Positions 8,760 through 18,839 of a stretch of DNA of 64,000 bases are shown here, one piece after another (the stretch's first letter is position 1; each line of letters opens with the position of its first letter). Under the pieces are notes generated by a model. That model worked only from the letters and a program-made list of their open reading frames with translations, was not told the DNA's origin and did not search any database. Both the position numbers and the translations under genes were made by a program. Source of the DNA: Leptolyngbyaceae cyanobacterium (GTDB taxonomy: Bacteria > Cyanobacteriota > Cyanobacteriia > Phormidesmidales > Phormidesmidaceae); NCBI GenBank assembly GCA_965263355.1, contig CBDHHL010000033.1:10680-74679 (forward strand), in the 5' to 3' direction.

Positions 8760-11201
8760 ATGGCAATAGATCAAAACACAATCACCAATAATTCAATTGT
8801 CGTCACGAATCGCGATGGTGTGGCCCAGACAGTTTCGTTAAATGGCACCGTAGCCATTGCGGGCGGATTCCAAGCAACATTTACGGTAACGCCTGAATCA
8901 GGCGTAGAGGGGTTTTACCATATAGAGGCACCTGATTCAGCGGTTCAAAATGTCGGGGCAACGATTCAAAGCGACGAATCATTTTTAGGAGTGCAGGAGG
9001 TCCAGCTGGCGTATCCGATCAATCTGTCTAACAATCCTCCTGTCTATCCAACAGCTTTATTTTCGGATAGAGTAAATACTGAATTTTCATTTGATTGGAC
9101 CCCTGTAGCTGGCGACACTCCTGCGGTCTACAAGGGAGGGTTTACCTCGATGATTGGGCAGTACGCTGACGACCCCAATCGAGGTGCTACCGAAGAAGTG
9201 GTTACCTTAGACGTTGACAATAATGAGATACGGATTCAGTGCAGAGACAACAGTGATGAGGCGTATGGCAACAAGAGTCAATCCGTCTATCCAGCTGTTT
9301 ATAATCCAGGTAGTTTTAATTTTGTCGTAGGACAAACCTACGCCATTAGCATTAGATTTAGGGGGACATTAACACAGGTTTTTGTAGATGATGCACTTGC
9401 TTTTGAAGCAAACGATACTAGATTAGCCCCTACTACTAATTTTGGCTGGAGAACTTCACCTCCTGCCAGTGTCTCAAATCCAGAAATAAATCAAATACAA
9501 CCCTTAAATGATTTAGCTATAAATCAAGAGGCAATAAATTGGCAGCGTGTTCAACCAAATCCAATTTATTGTGGCGGCACAAAAGGACTTGATAACAGGT
9601 TCTATAATTTTGAAATTATCGACACTGCCGGAACGCATCTAGATGGTACAACGCCTGCAAGATATGTTGTGTTATCTAGTGGGGATCATAAAGTAGCCCT
9701 AGATTCAGACGATATGCGCCTTCGCTGGGTCAATGACCCGTTAGACATTGAAGGCAGTGCTGTAACAAATTGGACAGTATTTTACAGTACTGCGTCTCTA
9801 CAGGTAGAGACGCCTAGAGCTTTTTACTTATCTGCTGAAAATACTTGGCTAATTTATTGCCATGCGTTTCCACGCCCCGTCTCCCCTAGGCAGTCTACAA
9901 CTCTCTTAGAAACCACCGACTTAGTTAATTTCACTTTCATAGGCGATTTATTGCCAGCAGACAGTAATTCTAACTCTGCAGAAAGAATCTATCATACCGG
10001 TTACTGGAATGGTTTTTTACTCAATGACGGAAGTGTAAGGGGAGTGTCTTTAGGCCCTGCAGCTGATGAAGATATTGTGGCCAATACGGATAGGATTGCA
10101 TCAAATGCATATCGAGGTTTTTTGCTATCTGAATCTAATGGGGCAAATTTAAGAGTTCTCAATAGATTAGGGCATGCAAAAACATATACAAATACGCCGA
10201 GACGGTTTTTTACTGCTGCAAATACTTTGTATTTTGAAAGAAACAATCAAATTTTTGCTATCTGCGCTCATCATCAACACCTAGACGCAAGTTTTTCGAA
10301 TGCCTCCACAGCTGTAGTTTCTGCTAGGCCAAGCGTGCAAGGCGTGTCTTCGGATTTAACTGAGTACTCAAGACGAGAGGATGCATTGCTATCTGAAACT
10401 TTGCCTTGGGAACAGGGGATAGCGAGGCCGTTGGGTCTGCACCAGGTAGGCAATACGTTATACGCCTACATCGGGTACACGCTATCTTCTGGTAATCCTG
10501 GCTTGACTGGCAACGACGATCCTTATTGGGTGGGGCTATATCAAGCGGATTTGAGCCCTGCAAACTCAGCTGTATATGCAAGCCCTGCAGGGCTAGCTTT
10601 TGTAGACACTTTTGAACAAAACCCTGGCTTGGTCACCGGATCTAGGACCCCCGATCAAAACAATAACTTAGGGGGATCTTGGTCAGCTCAAATTGGGTCT
10701 TTTTTGCCCGGAACAATAAATATTGTGGATGGTTATGCTAGGCGCGATGGTGTTGCAGCCACGGAAAACGCTGGGCTAATTTATGACTACTCAGCAAGCC
10801 CGAATTCGACGATTGAGATAACTGCAGAGATTTATGATCTAAATGATGTGCTCAATACAACTACTGGCTTTAATTTTCTTTTTGACTGGCAAGGTCAAGA
10901 CGATTTTAAGATGATCCAGTATAACCAAGCTGGAGAATTGCAGTATCGGGAAAGAGTATCAGGCGTCAATACTACCATCGCGACTGAAACGGTTGAGACT
11001 GTTGATCCTGGGAACGGAGTAATAGGAGACACAAGAGCGTATTATCGAGCATTAATCACCCCAACAAATGCATCGTTTTATCGGAACGAAATACGGGTTT
11101 TGCAAGTGACTGAAGATTTTTCAAGCATCACGAAAGCTTGCGGGTTCTTCCTTCGTATGCAAGCACACAAAATAAACTGGTATCAATTGAGAGTTTTATA
11201 A
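8760..11201 (+). CDS. Large virion appendage with Ig-like, ConA-like and beta-propeller glycosidase-like domains
   Basis: N-terminal partial Ig domain; ETP...TTDLVNFT propeller pattern; lectin-like ends. Confidence 0.55.
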   Translation: MAIDQNTITNNSIVVTNRDGVAQTVSLNGTVAIAGGFQATFTVTPESGVEGFYHIEAPDSAVQNVGATIQSDESFLGVQEVQLAYPINLSNNPPVYPTALFSDRVNTEFSFDWTPVAGDTPAVYKGGFTSMIGQYADDPNRGATEEVVTLDVDNNEIRIQCRDNSDEAYGNKSQSVYPAVYNPGSFNFVVGQTYAISIRFRGTLTQVFVDDALAFEANDTRLAPTTNFGWRTSPPASVSNPEINQIQPLNDLAINQEAINWQRVQPNPIYCGGTKGLDNRFYNFEIIDTAGTHLDGTTPARYVVLSSGDHKVALDSDDMRLRWVNDPLDIEGSAVTNWTVFYSTASLQVETPRAFYLSAENTWLIYCHAFPRPVSPRQSTTLLETTDLVNFTFIGDLLPADSNSNSAERIYHTGYWNGFLLNDGSVRGVSLGPAADEDIVANTDRIASNAYRGFLLSESNGANLRVLNRLGHAKTYTNTPRRFFTAANTLYFERNNQIFAICAHHQHLDASFSNASTAVVSARPSVQGVSSDLTEYSRREDALLSETLPWEQGIARPLGLHQVGNTLYAYIGYTLSSGNPGLTGNDDPYWVGLYQADLSPANSAVYASPAGLAFVDTFEQNPGLVTGSRTPDQNNNLGGSWSAQIGSFLPGTINIVDGYARRDGVAATENAGLIYDYSASPNSTIEITAEIYDLNDVLNTTTGFNFLFDWQGQDDFKMIQYNQAGELQYRERVSGVNTTIATETVETVDPGNGVIGDTRAYYRALITPTNASFYRNEIRVLQVTEDFSSITKACGFFLRMQAHKINWYQLRVL

Positions 11202-11203
11202 CC

Positions 11204-11326
11204 ATGCCTATGGCTTCTACTGCTTTCCGGATTGAGGAGGTTTCTGCTTTTCACAGCGTTGAATTTTTAGCGTCTGCTAATGGAGAGACGACTATCGAGT
11301 TGTATGTTGGACGTGTAGATAAATGA
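11204..11326 (+). pseudogene. Remnant resembling the C-terminus of the 7644-8009 protein
   Basis: AFRIEEVSAFHSVEFLASANGETTIEL vs LFRLLDYKFYSIQFLASVASGSTVAEV. Confidence 0.45.
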
Positions 11327-11535
11327 CGAATGGTGGGAGCGAGAGGAGCACAGATATCATTAATTGCGCACCAAAGCTATTAGCTGCTGACGGAAGCCCG
11401 CTGTTATTCGCCTTAGACAATGGCCCTGGAATTGCTGCCATAGCAGGAGAATCGATCAGCTTTTTTGTGGGAGTTGAGCCTGCGGCATCAGCGCTTGATG
11501 CTGAACCCGATCTATTAGCGGAGGATTGTTGTTGA
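11323..11535 (+). CDS. Small hypothetical structural protein
   Basis: Coupled to both neighbours (ATGA, TGATG). Confidence 0.5.
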   Translation: MTNGGSERSTDIINCAPKLLAADGSPLLFALDNGPGIAAIAGESISFFVGVEPAASALDAEPDLLAEDCC

Positions 11536-13613
11536 TGGTCTGCACTGATACCGATAAATTGTTTAACGGATCTATCGTCAGTTGGCGATATGGCAGCAAA
11601 AAAGTTTTCCTGGTCCGCAAAACAGAAGATTCATTACTAAATGCTGGGTTCGAATTAACCCTCACAGCTGGCACTCAAGTCGTAAAATTAACTGAAGGCG
11701 ACGGATTGACCAAGGTTGTCGACAACGCAAACAAACAAGAATGGTCTGCACTAATCAGCCCCACTCATAAGGCCACGCTACTCAATAACTCCACGACCGA
11801 CGTGCTGGTCAGTTGGGAAGCCGCCAGTATCATTGGGGGGGTAAAAATCGCAGGCGATGATGACACCGATTTTACTGGCACCTTCACGATTACAGCTCCC
11901 ACAGCAGCAGTAGAAGCGACGTTGAATATTGACTCTACTGCAGTGTTTGTTAGCGCCGCTATTGGCAACGATAGTTTTGCTGCTGGAACAGTAGGGAATT
12001 ACTATGCCCCTTATGCCACTATTTCAGCGGCGATCGCAGCATCGTCCGACGGGGACACCATTATTGTCCGCAATACGGCTGATGGCACCAACAGCACCTT
12101 TAGGGAAGAGTGCGATCTTGGCGGGAAACGGCTAACAATTCGGGCTGAATCAACTGACAGGCCACTGCCGCGAGTCACAACAGCTGACGTACTGACTAAC
12201 GCCAACTTCAGCGATGCCAGCAGTAATGCATGGACGATCAGCATCAGCCACGAGATCACTGCAATTGAATCGTTCCCAATTGTTATCGAGGACGACGAAC
12301 TACTGACGTACGTGGCTGATGTGGCGACATGTCAAACGACTGCGGGGAGCTATACATACACCGGTCATGACAATGTAAATGCCAACTCAGCAGCAACAAT
12401 TCCACTGTATATCCACGCTTCAGACAGCTCTGATATCCGCACCAACGGGAAAGTCTATGAGTGCGGGGTTAGGCAGTATGCGTTTCACAATGCTGGCGAC
12501 GGGTCCATTATTGACGGCTTTCAGATTGATACTGCTACTGGAGATAATGGCGCTCTGTATTTCACGGCTAGGGGGACAATCGTAAGAAATTGTCTTTTCA
12601 AGTTTGGGAACAGCCATTTTGCGCAAATCGGATCGGGCATATTCGAGAATTGCGCTTTTTACAAAGATCACATCGCTAACGACTCTCGTATCCCGTCCAG
12701 CACTCCCGCTGTCATATTCAAAAGCAGCAATGATGAGCCCGCGTTGAATGCCTATTTAGGCTGCGTTGTAGATTCGCCCAATACACTCAGTACGGGCGCT
12801 ACCTTCTTTTGCCATGCCAGTAATGGGACTGAAGATCTCAAAAAACTATTGGTCAAAGATTGCTATGCACTGAACGGGACAAGAGGAGTTCAAGCTGACG
12901 ACTGCGAAGAGCTGGACATCCAAGATTGCTATTTTGATGGTTACGTCCAGGTTGTGCTTTCTGGGCACGAGTCGATAGAGGTTGATGGGCTCATGGCCAT
13001 CAATGGCGGCACTGACGGATACATCGTCAGGAATAACCTAAACTCAGCTACTGCAAACACGACAGTCCGCAACGCCGTTGTAGGATCGCTGACTAGTGTG
13101 GATACAGCTTTGTTTTGGGGCAGGAACGGAACCACTACAGTTAGAAACCTTACTACGACACAGCTAGACAACGAACCTGTAGTGAAATATCACACCGGCT
13201 CTTTTGCATTTAGCACGCCCGACATCAGGGACAGTATTCTGCAAGGCGACGGGAATATCTACGAAGCGGTCAACACAGGCGATTTCATAACCGCCGACAA
13301 CAATATTTTGTGGGACAGTACAGACAGTACGCCGAGCGTCTTGATCGACAACACCCAATACAACGGGCTAACCAACTGGAACAGCCTGGGTAAAACCCTG
13401 CTCGATGAGAATAGCTATCAGGAGGACCCACAATTCTCAGGCAATATTCTTCAGGGAGATCTAAGCCGATCTGGGGGGACTGGGGTGGGTAGCATCGGAA
13501 GCAATCGATCCATCACCCCTCCCAACTGGACTGCGATGCGAGCACAATGGGATAAGCGGATATTGGCACTTCCACGCGGCCCGGTTGGTGGGAGCAGAAT
13601 TAGGTATTTTTGA
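11535..13613 (+). CDS. Parallel beta-helix (pectin lyase-like) virion protein / putative depolymerase
   Basis: GGAGG SD before ATG 11535; VFVS..GND..AGT...PYATISAAIAASSDGDTIIV start of a beta-helix; DPQF near the C-terminus. Confidence 0.7.
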   Translation: MVCTDTDKLFNGSIVSWRYGSKKVFLVRKTEDSLLNAGFELTLTAGTQVVKLTEGDGLTKVVDNANKQEWSALISPTHKATLLNNSTTDVLVSWEAASIIGGVKIAGDDDTDFTGTFTITAPTAAVEATLNIDSTAVFVSAAIGNDSFAAGTVGNYYAPYATISAAIAASSDGDTIIVRNTADGTNSTFREECDLGGKRLTIRAESTDRPLPRVTTADVLTNANFSDASSNAWTISISHEITAIESFPIVIEDDELLTYVADVATCQTTAGSYTYTGHDNVNANSAATIPLYIHASDSSDIRTNGKVYECGVRQYAFHNAGDGSIIDGFQIDTATGDNGALYFTARGTIVRNCLFKFGNSHFAQIGSGIFENCAFYKDHIANDSRIPSSTPAVIFKSSNDEPALNAYLGCVVDSPNTLSTGATFFCHASNGTEDLKKLLVKDCYALNGTRGVQADDCEELDIQDCYFDGYVQVVLSGHESIEVDGLMAINGGTDGYIVRNNLNSATANTTVRNAVVGSLTSVDTALFWGRNGTTTVRNLTTTQLDNEPVVKYHTGSFAFSTPDIRDSILQGDGNIYEAVNTGDFITADNNILWDSTDSTPSVLIDNTQYNGLTNWNSLGKTLLDENSYQEDPQFSGNILQGDLSRSGGTGVGSIGSNRSITPPNWTAMRAQWDKRILALPRGPVGGSRIRYF

Positions 13614-13617
13614 TGAT

Positions 13618-14418
13618 ATGGAATTAAATCAAGTTATTCAAGGCGATTGCTTAGAAGTGATGGATCAACTTATCGCTGATGCCATTATTGTTGATTCGAT
13701 AATTTGCGATCCACCTTATGGCACGACCGCTTGCAAATGGGATAGTGTGATCCCGTTTGATGAAATGTGGATGAGATTAAAGAAACTAGTTAAGCCTAAT
13801 GGGGCAATAGTTTTATTTGGAAGTGAGCCTTTTAGTAGTGCTCTTAGGATGAGTAATATTAAAGACTATAAATATGATTGGGTGTGGGATAAGACGAGGG
13901 GTAGCAACTTTGCTTCTCTTAAATTTCAACCTTTCAAATGCCATGAATTAATATCTATTTTTTCAAAGAAATCACATATATATAACCCTCAACTAACAAA
14001 GAGTCGTGCATATGTTCGCCCGCCTGGGGAGAAATCTATTGTTTACGGAATGAAGCATGATTCTATAAAAACAGAAAATGCTGGATTTAGGCATCCGTTA
14101 TCTATCCAGGCTTTCAAAAAAGACCAGAACGCACTCCACCCTACCCAAAAGCCCGTTGCTCTCATGGAGTACTTAATCAAAACCTACACGCTACCAGGGG
14201 AAACCGTCCTAGACTTTACTATGGGCAGTGGCAGCACCGGAGTTGCGGCCAAAAAACTAGGTCGTAAGTTTATTGGGATTGAACTAGATACTGATTATTT
14301 TGAGATCGCTAAAAACCGTATTAATGAAGTATGGGCACCGGGGCAAACAGAGCCTAGCGACAAGAAACCTATTGCAGAAAAAGATCAGCTAGATATCTGG
14401 GATGCATTGGCAAGCTAA
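13618..14418 (+). CDS. DNA methyltransferase (N4-C/N6-A, beta class)
   Basis: DPPY, HPTQKP and VLDFTMGSGSTG motifs. Confidence 0.92.
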   Translation: MELNQVIQGDCLEVMDQLIADAIIVDSIICDPPYGTTACKWDSVIPFDEMWMRLKKLVKPNGAIVLFGSEPFSSALRMSNIKDYKYDWVWDKTRGSNFASLKFQPFKCHELISIFSKKSHIYNPQLTKSRAYVRPPGEKSIVYGMKHDSIKTENAGFRHPLSIQAFKKDQNALHPTQKPVALMEYLIKTYTLPGETVLDFTMGSGSTGVAAKKLGRKFIGIELDTDYFEIAKNRINEVWAPGQTEPSDKKPIAEKDQLDIWDALAS

Positions 14419-14580
14419 GCCTCAATCATCAATCAGGGGATTAGTGTCTTGACCACATCGACAATATCTAAATAATCTATCAACCACGTCAAACCAATAA
14501 CGACGAGGGCAGAAAGCGTAACCAAGCTTAAAATTTAACTAGCAGCCAAAATGCGGAAGCAGGATTAGATATTTCTAATA

Positions 14581-15669
14581 ATGATGCATAGAATCCCAGA
14601 GCTACTTAAGCGGAACAGCCTGATAGGGGCTGCTATTGTTGGGCCAGACGGAAAGTTCTGGGATGTAAATGAGACTCTATGCGAATTATTGGGCTATCAA
14701 CAAGAAACGTTGCTGCGCCTAACGTTTCAGCAGATCAGCCATCCTGAAGATCTAACGCCTCAGGTCAACCCATTCCGCAGCGTAATCAATGGAGAACTTA
14801 AATCTTTCACGCTGAAAAAGCGCTACAAGCATGGGCAGACAGCAGGATGGATTTCTTGCACGTTGCACTGTGAAGGATTCCATTCTGAGTCTGGTGAATT
14901 TCTTTATTTCTTTTCCCAAGTCAGCAAACTGGGCGACAAAGAGCTGACAGAGGTTGAAACACAAAGGCTTTCAGAAATAAAATACGCAATCAACAACAAC
15001 GGATTTGCCCTGCATTATCAGCCGATAGTTGACCTGAAAACCGATGAGACCGTTGGTTATGAGGCGTTGTCACGATGGGCAAAAGACAATGAATTAATCT
15101 TCCCAGGGGATTTCTTGCCTTTACTGAGAAAGGCAAACAGTGAACACTTACTGTGCTACTGGGTGATCGAGCGGACCCAGGCAGATTCAATCAAGATTGG
15201 CCAGTGGATCAGCTTTAATATCTCACCATTCACTCTAGCTAGAGCAGATTGGCACGATCAAAAGCTGCCTGCTAGAGGGCATATGGAGATATTGGAGACT
15301 GAGGCTGTTTCTGAGGAGATTCAGAGCCGGATTCAGTCAGCTAGGGGGAAAGGCGTAAAGATCGCCCTGGACGACTTTGGGACCGGATACTGCAGCTACG
15401 ATAGATTGCTGAAAGGCCAAGTTGACCTAGTAAAGCTCGACAGATCTATTATTAGTGGCCTGCCTGCTCGCGAATCCAGAGTAATGGTTGACGCAATTGT
15501 GGCGCTATCGCAAAAACTCAGCATCAAAGTTATCGCTGAAGGCGTGGAAACCCAGCAACAGGCCGACATGTTGAAAGCAATCGGCTGTGACATGGCGCAG
15601 GGCTATTTGTTCGGTCGGCCTGCGCCACTACCCGCGATCACTCGCTCTTCGTCGGGGGCCATTCACTAG
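14581..15669 (+). CDS. PAS-EAL c-di-GMP phosphodiesterase
   Basis: N-terminal PAS (VNETLCELLGY..HPED). EAL motifs YQPIVDL, GYEALSR, SFNIS, ALDDFGTGY, VKLDRS, AEGVET, QGYLF. No GGDEF. Confidence 0.92.
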   Translation: MMHRIPELLKRNSLIGAAIVGPDGKFWDVNETLCELLGYQQETLLRLTFQQISHPEDLTPQVNPFRSVINGELKSFTLKKRYKHGQTAGWISCTLHCEGFHSESGEFLYFFSQVSKLGDKELTEVETQRLSEIKYAINNNGFALHYQPIVDLKTDETVGYEALSRWAKDNELIFPGDFLPLLRKANSEHLLCYWVIERTQADSIKIGQWISFNISPFTLARADWHDQKLPARGHMEILETEAVSEEIQSRIQSARGKGVKIALDDFGTGYCSYDRLLKGQVDLVKLDRSIISGLPARESRVMVDAIVALSQKLSIKVIAEGVETQQQADMLKAIGCDMAQGYLFGRPAPLPAITRSSSGAIH

Positions 15670-16152
15670 GTTAGTGATATCCGCCCCGTCTTTGTGACTG
15701 TATGTTCTTTTGTCCAGCCGATGCAGTCGGTCGATCATCCAATTGATCGCCCTGCTTGTTGGCTCTAGCACTCTCAATAACAACTGAGCAATTTCGACAA
15801 GACCATCAACCCTCTCCATGGTCCTGTGCAGCGTTCTAGCGTCTCCTTCAGTGGCCGCTACAGCCTCAGCCACTTTGCTGCCCCATTCCCTGTATTCGTC
15901 GTAGCCAGCCTTTATCTCTGCTATTGTCGAGTCGCTTTCCGAGACTTTCTTTATTAAAGTCTCCATTCTGGCTTCCAAGTCTCGGAGTCTAGCAGCATTC
16001 CGCTCGTCAGCTTGCCCAGAGAGTCGAAACGCTTCACCTATACTGCTTGTGACCGATTTGTCGATCATTGCCTGGAGATCAGCACGAGTAAGTTTCCGGC
16101 CAGTGCCTGTACCGCTTGTCGGTAACCCTGAACTGTCTGGGATAGTGGCCAT
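15628..16152 (-). CDS. Coiled-coil hypothetical protein
   Basis: ATG 16152; helical; ends RRRASDRG overlapping the EAL 3' end. Confidence 0.55.
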   Translation of the reverse strand: MATIPDSSGLPTSGTGTGRKLTRADLQAMIDKSVTSSIGEAFRLSGQADERNAARLRDLEARMETLIKKVSESDSTIAEIKAGYDEYREWGSKVAEAVAATEGDARTLHRTMERVDGLVEIAQLLLRVLEPTSRAINWMIDRLHRLDKRTYSHKDGADITNLVNGPRRRASDRG

Positions 16153-16213
16153 AGCACTGAGGAGAAAGATTCTTTTATAGGTTAGCCTATAAGAGAGTAT
16201 TCTATTCCTGAAA

Positions 16214-17212
16214 ATGAACTCGCCAAAACTTGAAATAACGGAACCCGGATACCAGCCAGCTTTGATTTCCGTAAAGGATCGCTGGGGAGAATACAATATC
16301 CTGGGAATTGGCAGAAAAGATAATGATTATATGCCAATGGTCGTTTTCCGCGACCCACCACAGGCATTGTCTCGATCCCAAGTCACTGTGACAGGAGTAG
16401 AAGGCGCTGACGGACTAGTGCTGTGGGTTCGAGACGGAGGACCGAAATTTCAGGGAGAAATTAATACTCCGATAAAATGGAGCGTTATCAACGGCCAGCC
16501 AGAGATCGGCGCTGATTCCGCGTGGAAAAAAAGCGCTTATGGGACCTGGATAAACCAGGAGGTACTATCCCCCTACGGCTGGACTGTATTTAGAGTTAGC
16601 GATCTCTTAACGTTTGGCAGAGAACTAAAATATCCAATGCTGGCTGGTTATTCAATTCGCCACACCATTGAAGAAACGGGCGGCACTGGACACAATGCCG
16701 GGACCGTTTCATATTCAGCCGCCGAAGTGTGGCGACAGGAATCAAGGCGGGCCAAAACCGAAGGTACTATGTTGCTAACAGTGCCTAGCAGCAAGAAAAG
16801 CTTGGCTGTGATCCAAGAGATTGACTCCACTGCAGAATTAATCCTAGGAGCGTCGCCAGGGGAATTGCAAGACGCAGAAGGGTCGATTAGCCTGCAGGAC
16901 CAATTTTTGTTTGAGCAAGAAATAAAATTAAATGAAATGGTCTCTGAAGCCATGGTTTATGACCGCTCGTTTGTGGGGAATTTCACCACGATCTCAGGTC
17001 AAGAAATTTCGCTAAACCTAAGGCGGCGCATCATCAATAATGAGCCGCCGGTTTTATTCGCATGGCTCGCATTAAACGTCAATGCCACCGAGGCAAGCGC
17101 GCCGCAAAGTGACTGGAAAGCTGAAGCTGTTAAGTTCGCCAACCAACACCCATGGATCGCGGCATTGGTTGGAATCGCTATAGCAATTATCTTTTTCCTT
17201 CTATCTAAATGA
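16214..17212 (+). CDS. Hypothetical protein with C-terminal membrane anchor
   Basis: 332 aa ending WIAALVGIAIAIIFFLLSK. Confidence 0.65.
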   Translation: MNSPKLEITEPGYQPALISVKDRWGEYNILGIGRKDNDYMPMVVFRDPPQALSRSQVTVTGVEGADGLVLWVRDGGPKFQGEINTPIKWSVINGQPEIGADSAWKKSAYGTWINQEVLSPYGWTVFRVSDLLTFGRELKYPMLAGYSIRHTIEETGGTGHNAGTVSYSAAEVWRQESRRAKTEGTMLLTVPSSKKSLAVIQEIDSTAELILGASPGELQDAEGSISLQDQFLFEQEIKLNEMVSEAMVYDRSFVGNFTTISGQEISLNLRRRIINNEPPVLFAWLALNVNATEASAPQSDWKAEAVKFANQHPWIAALVGIAIAIIFFLLSK

Positions 17213-17223
17213 TGGCAAAAACC

Positions 17224-17427
17224 TCAATCACCATTGTTTTTTAACGCGTCAAACAGGTTACTGACTGCTAACGCAGATAGCTCTATCCTGTTCGTTTCCC
17301 GTCCGTCCGTCGTCTCTATTAGCCTTCCCTGAGAAGTCTCAAGGTCTAGATAAAGTGTGATTATCTGCTCAACTGATTGTGAGTCTACGGACTCACGATA
17401 ACTATGTCGAGATATGATTTCTATCAT
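17224..17427 (-). CDS. Hypothetical protein
   Basis: ATGA-coupled to the upstream ORF. Confidence 0.5.
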   Translation of the reverse strand: MIEIISRHSYRESVDSQSVEQIITLYLDLETSQGRLIETTDGRETNRIELSALAVSNLFDALKNNGD

Positions 17428-17810
17428 TTTGGAAGAATGGGCTCATTGACACAACTGGCATCCCAAGCAGCTTGGGAATAAAATCTAGAGTCCATATCGT
17501 CTCTGTATTCTTCTAGTCGAGGAATCGTTGGTTCTCCTTTCCATGGCATATAAACTGGATCTCTTTCTATGGCATCCAGAAAGTCTAAAATCAGCCCTGG
17601 ATCGAACCTAGCTTTTGTCGCTTCAACTATAAAACTTTGCTGTCTTAAAGCCTTTTCTATCCCTACGGCCATAACCCCATCCCCTAATTCAGAAGCTATT
17701 TCCCTTGCTTTACCAGACATAACAACCGTGGTTCTTACCCCACCTGGCTTTTTATTTTTGCCAGCTATTAGGTTTTTTTCGTTTGCCAATTTAGAAAGAC
17801 TCCCAATCAA
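17424..17810 (-). CDS. Hypothetical protein (possible ribbon-helix-helix)
   Basis: RTTVVMSGKAREIASEL pattern; start uncertain. Confidence 0.45.
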   Translation of the reverse strand: MIGSLSKLANEKNLIAGKNKKPGGVRTTVVMSGKAREIASELGDGVMAVGIEKALRQQSFIVEATKARFDPGLILDFLDAIERDPVYMPWKGEPTIPRLEEYRDDMDSRFYSQAAWDASCVNEPILPK

Positions 17811-18150
17811 TTTCAGGCTCTGGTCTAATTAGGCCGAATAGCTGAATTACAGACTCAGCCGAATCTTTTGTCCTGTAGGCGGTCGGATCTCCGTCGTCTG
17901 AAATCCGCTCGACTGCATTGTCAAGACATAAGAATACATGCTCAACCGAACATGCCAAGGCGTAAGCGGCCTCGCCCTTCAGAACCCAGCCGGTATCATC
18001 CCATTTAACCGAGTCCTTAACGCACTGTGCAGCGCAACGTGCGTCGGTTGGATCTTCAGGCAGCAGCCCACGTACTGCGAACGTGCCAACCTTGATATTG
18101 GTCAACATGGCCCTATCCATTCTTTTTTTCTGCAACTCGACTAAATTCAT
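17791..18150 (-). CDS. Hypothetical protein
   Basis: Likely start MNLVELQ at 18150. Confidence 0.5.
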   Translation of the reverse strand: MNLVELQKKRMDRAMLTNIKVGTFAVRGLLPEDPTDARCAAQCVKDSVKWDDTGWVLKGEAAYALACSVEHVFLCLDNAVERISDDGDPTAYRTKDSAESVIQLFGLIRPEPEIDWESF

Positions 18151-18264
18151 AACCTTTTCCTTAGCTACCTTTCTACTATATGCATAGCAGAGGGAAAGGT
18201 CAAGGGGGTCGATGAATCTCATACCGGTCGTTGATATACTCGGTCTAAAAGGAATTACAGAATA

Positions 18265-18468
18265 ATGCAAGCCTCAATCACCATCTCCATACGCTCAAAA
18301 ACCCTGACTAAAGCTCAACAGCTAAACATTCCGATTGAAGTGCTGCTGAGCGAGGAGCTATCAAGGGTAGCCGACAGGCTCCTTCTGCCTTTGATTCAGG
18401 AATACGGAATGAACTGCGATAGAACCGATTACGTCCCAAGCTGGATAGAGCAATCGGCCCAGCCATAA
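18265..18468 (+). CDS. Small RHH-like protein
   Basis: ASITISIRSKTLTKAQQLNIPIEVLL resembles CcdA/RHH proteins. Confidence 0.45.
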   Translation: MQASITISIRSKTLTKAQQLNIPIEVLLSEELSRVADRLLLPLIQEYGMNCDRTDYVPSWIEQSAQP

Positions 18469-18483
18469 GATGGAGACCGATTT

Positions 18484-18798
18484 TCAGTTACCAGCAGCTG
18501 CATTCACTAACTCACGAATGTCGCGTGTTTTATGCAAAAAATCTTTTCCTGCATCAGTCAGAGAGTAATATTTTCGTCGCGCCCCTTCCCCGCTTTCTGT
18601 AGCCTCGCCCCATTCAGATGTGACAAAACCTCTATTCTCTAAGCGTTTTAATATCGGATATAAAGACCCAACAGGGATTGTGCGTTGGCCATTTGTTGCT
18701 TTATCGATTGAATCAGATATTTCTAACCCATATAGCCGACGATGTTCGATAACAGTCATCAATAGTTCTTGCGTGTTCGTTAGGTCTAGCTGTTTCAT
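18484..18798 (-). CDS. PadR family transcriptional regulator
   Basis: LYGLEI, GSLYPILKRLE, RRKYYSLTDAG. Confidence 0.92.
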   Translation of the reverse strand: MKQLDLTNTQELLMTVIEHRRLYGLEISDSIDKATNGQRTIPVGSLYPILKRLENRGFVTSEWGEATESGEGARRKYYSLTDAGKDFLHKTRDIRELVNAAAGN

Positions 18799-18815
18799 AG
18801 AGTAGCCCTATAATT

Positions 18816-18839
18816 AATACCTTACGATTGTAAGGTATT
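18816..18839. promoter_or_regulatory. Perfect inverted repeat, probable PadR operator
   Basis: AATACCTTAC-GATT-GTAAGGTATT, starting 18 bp upstream of the padR ATG. Confidence 0.65.

Noticed and set aside
14430..14580. Hydrophobic minus-strand gene fragment next to the EAL gene
   Set aside because: No start codon and needs a frameshift; too weak to call.
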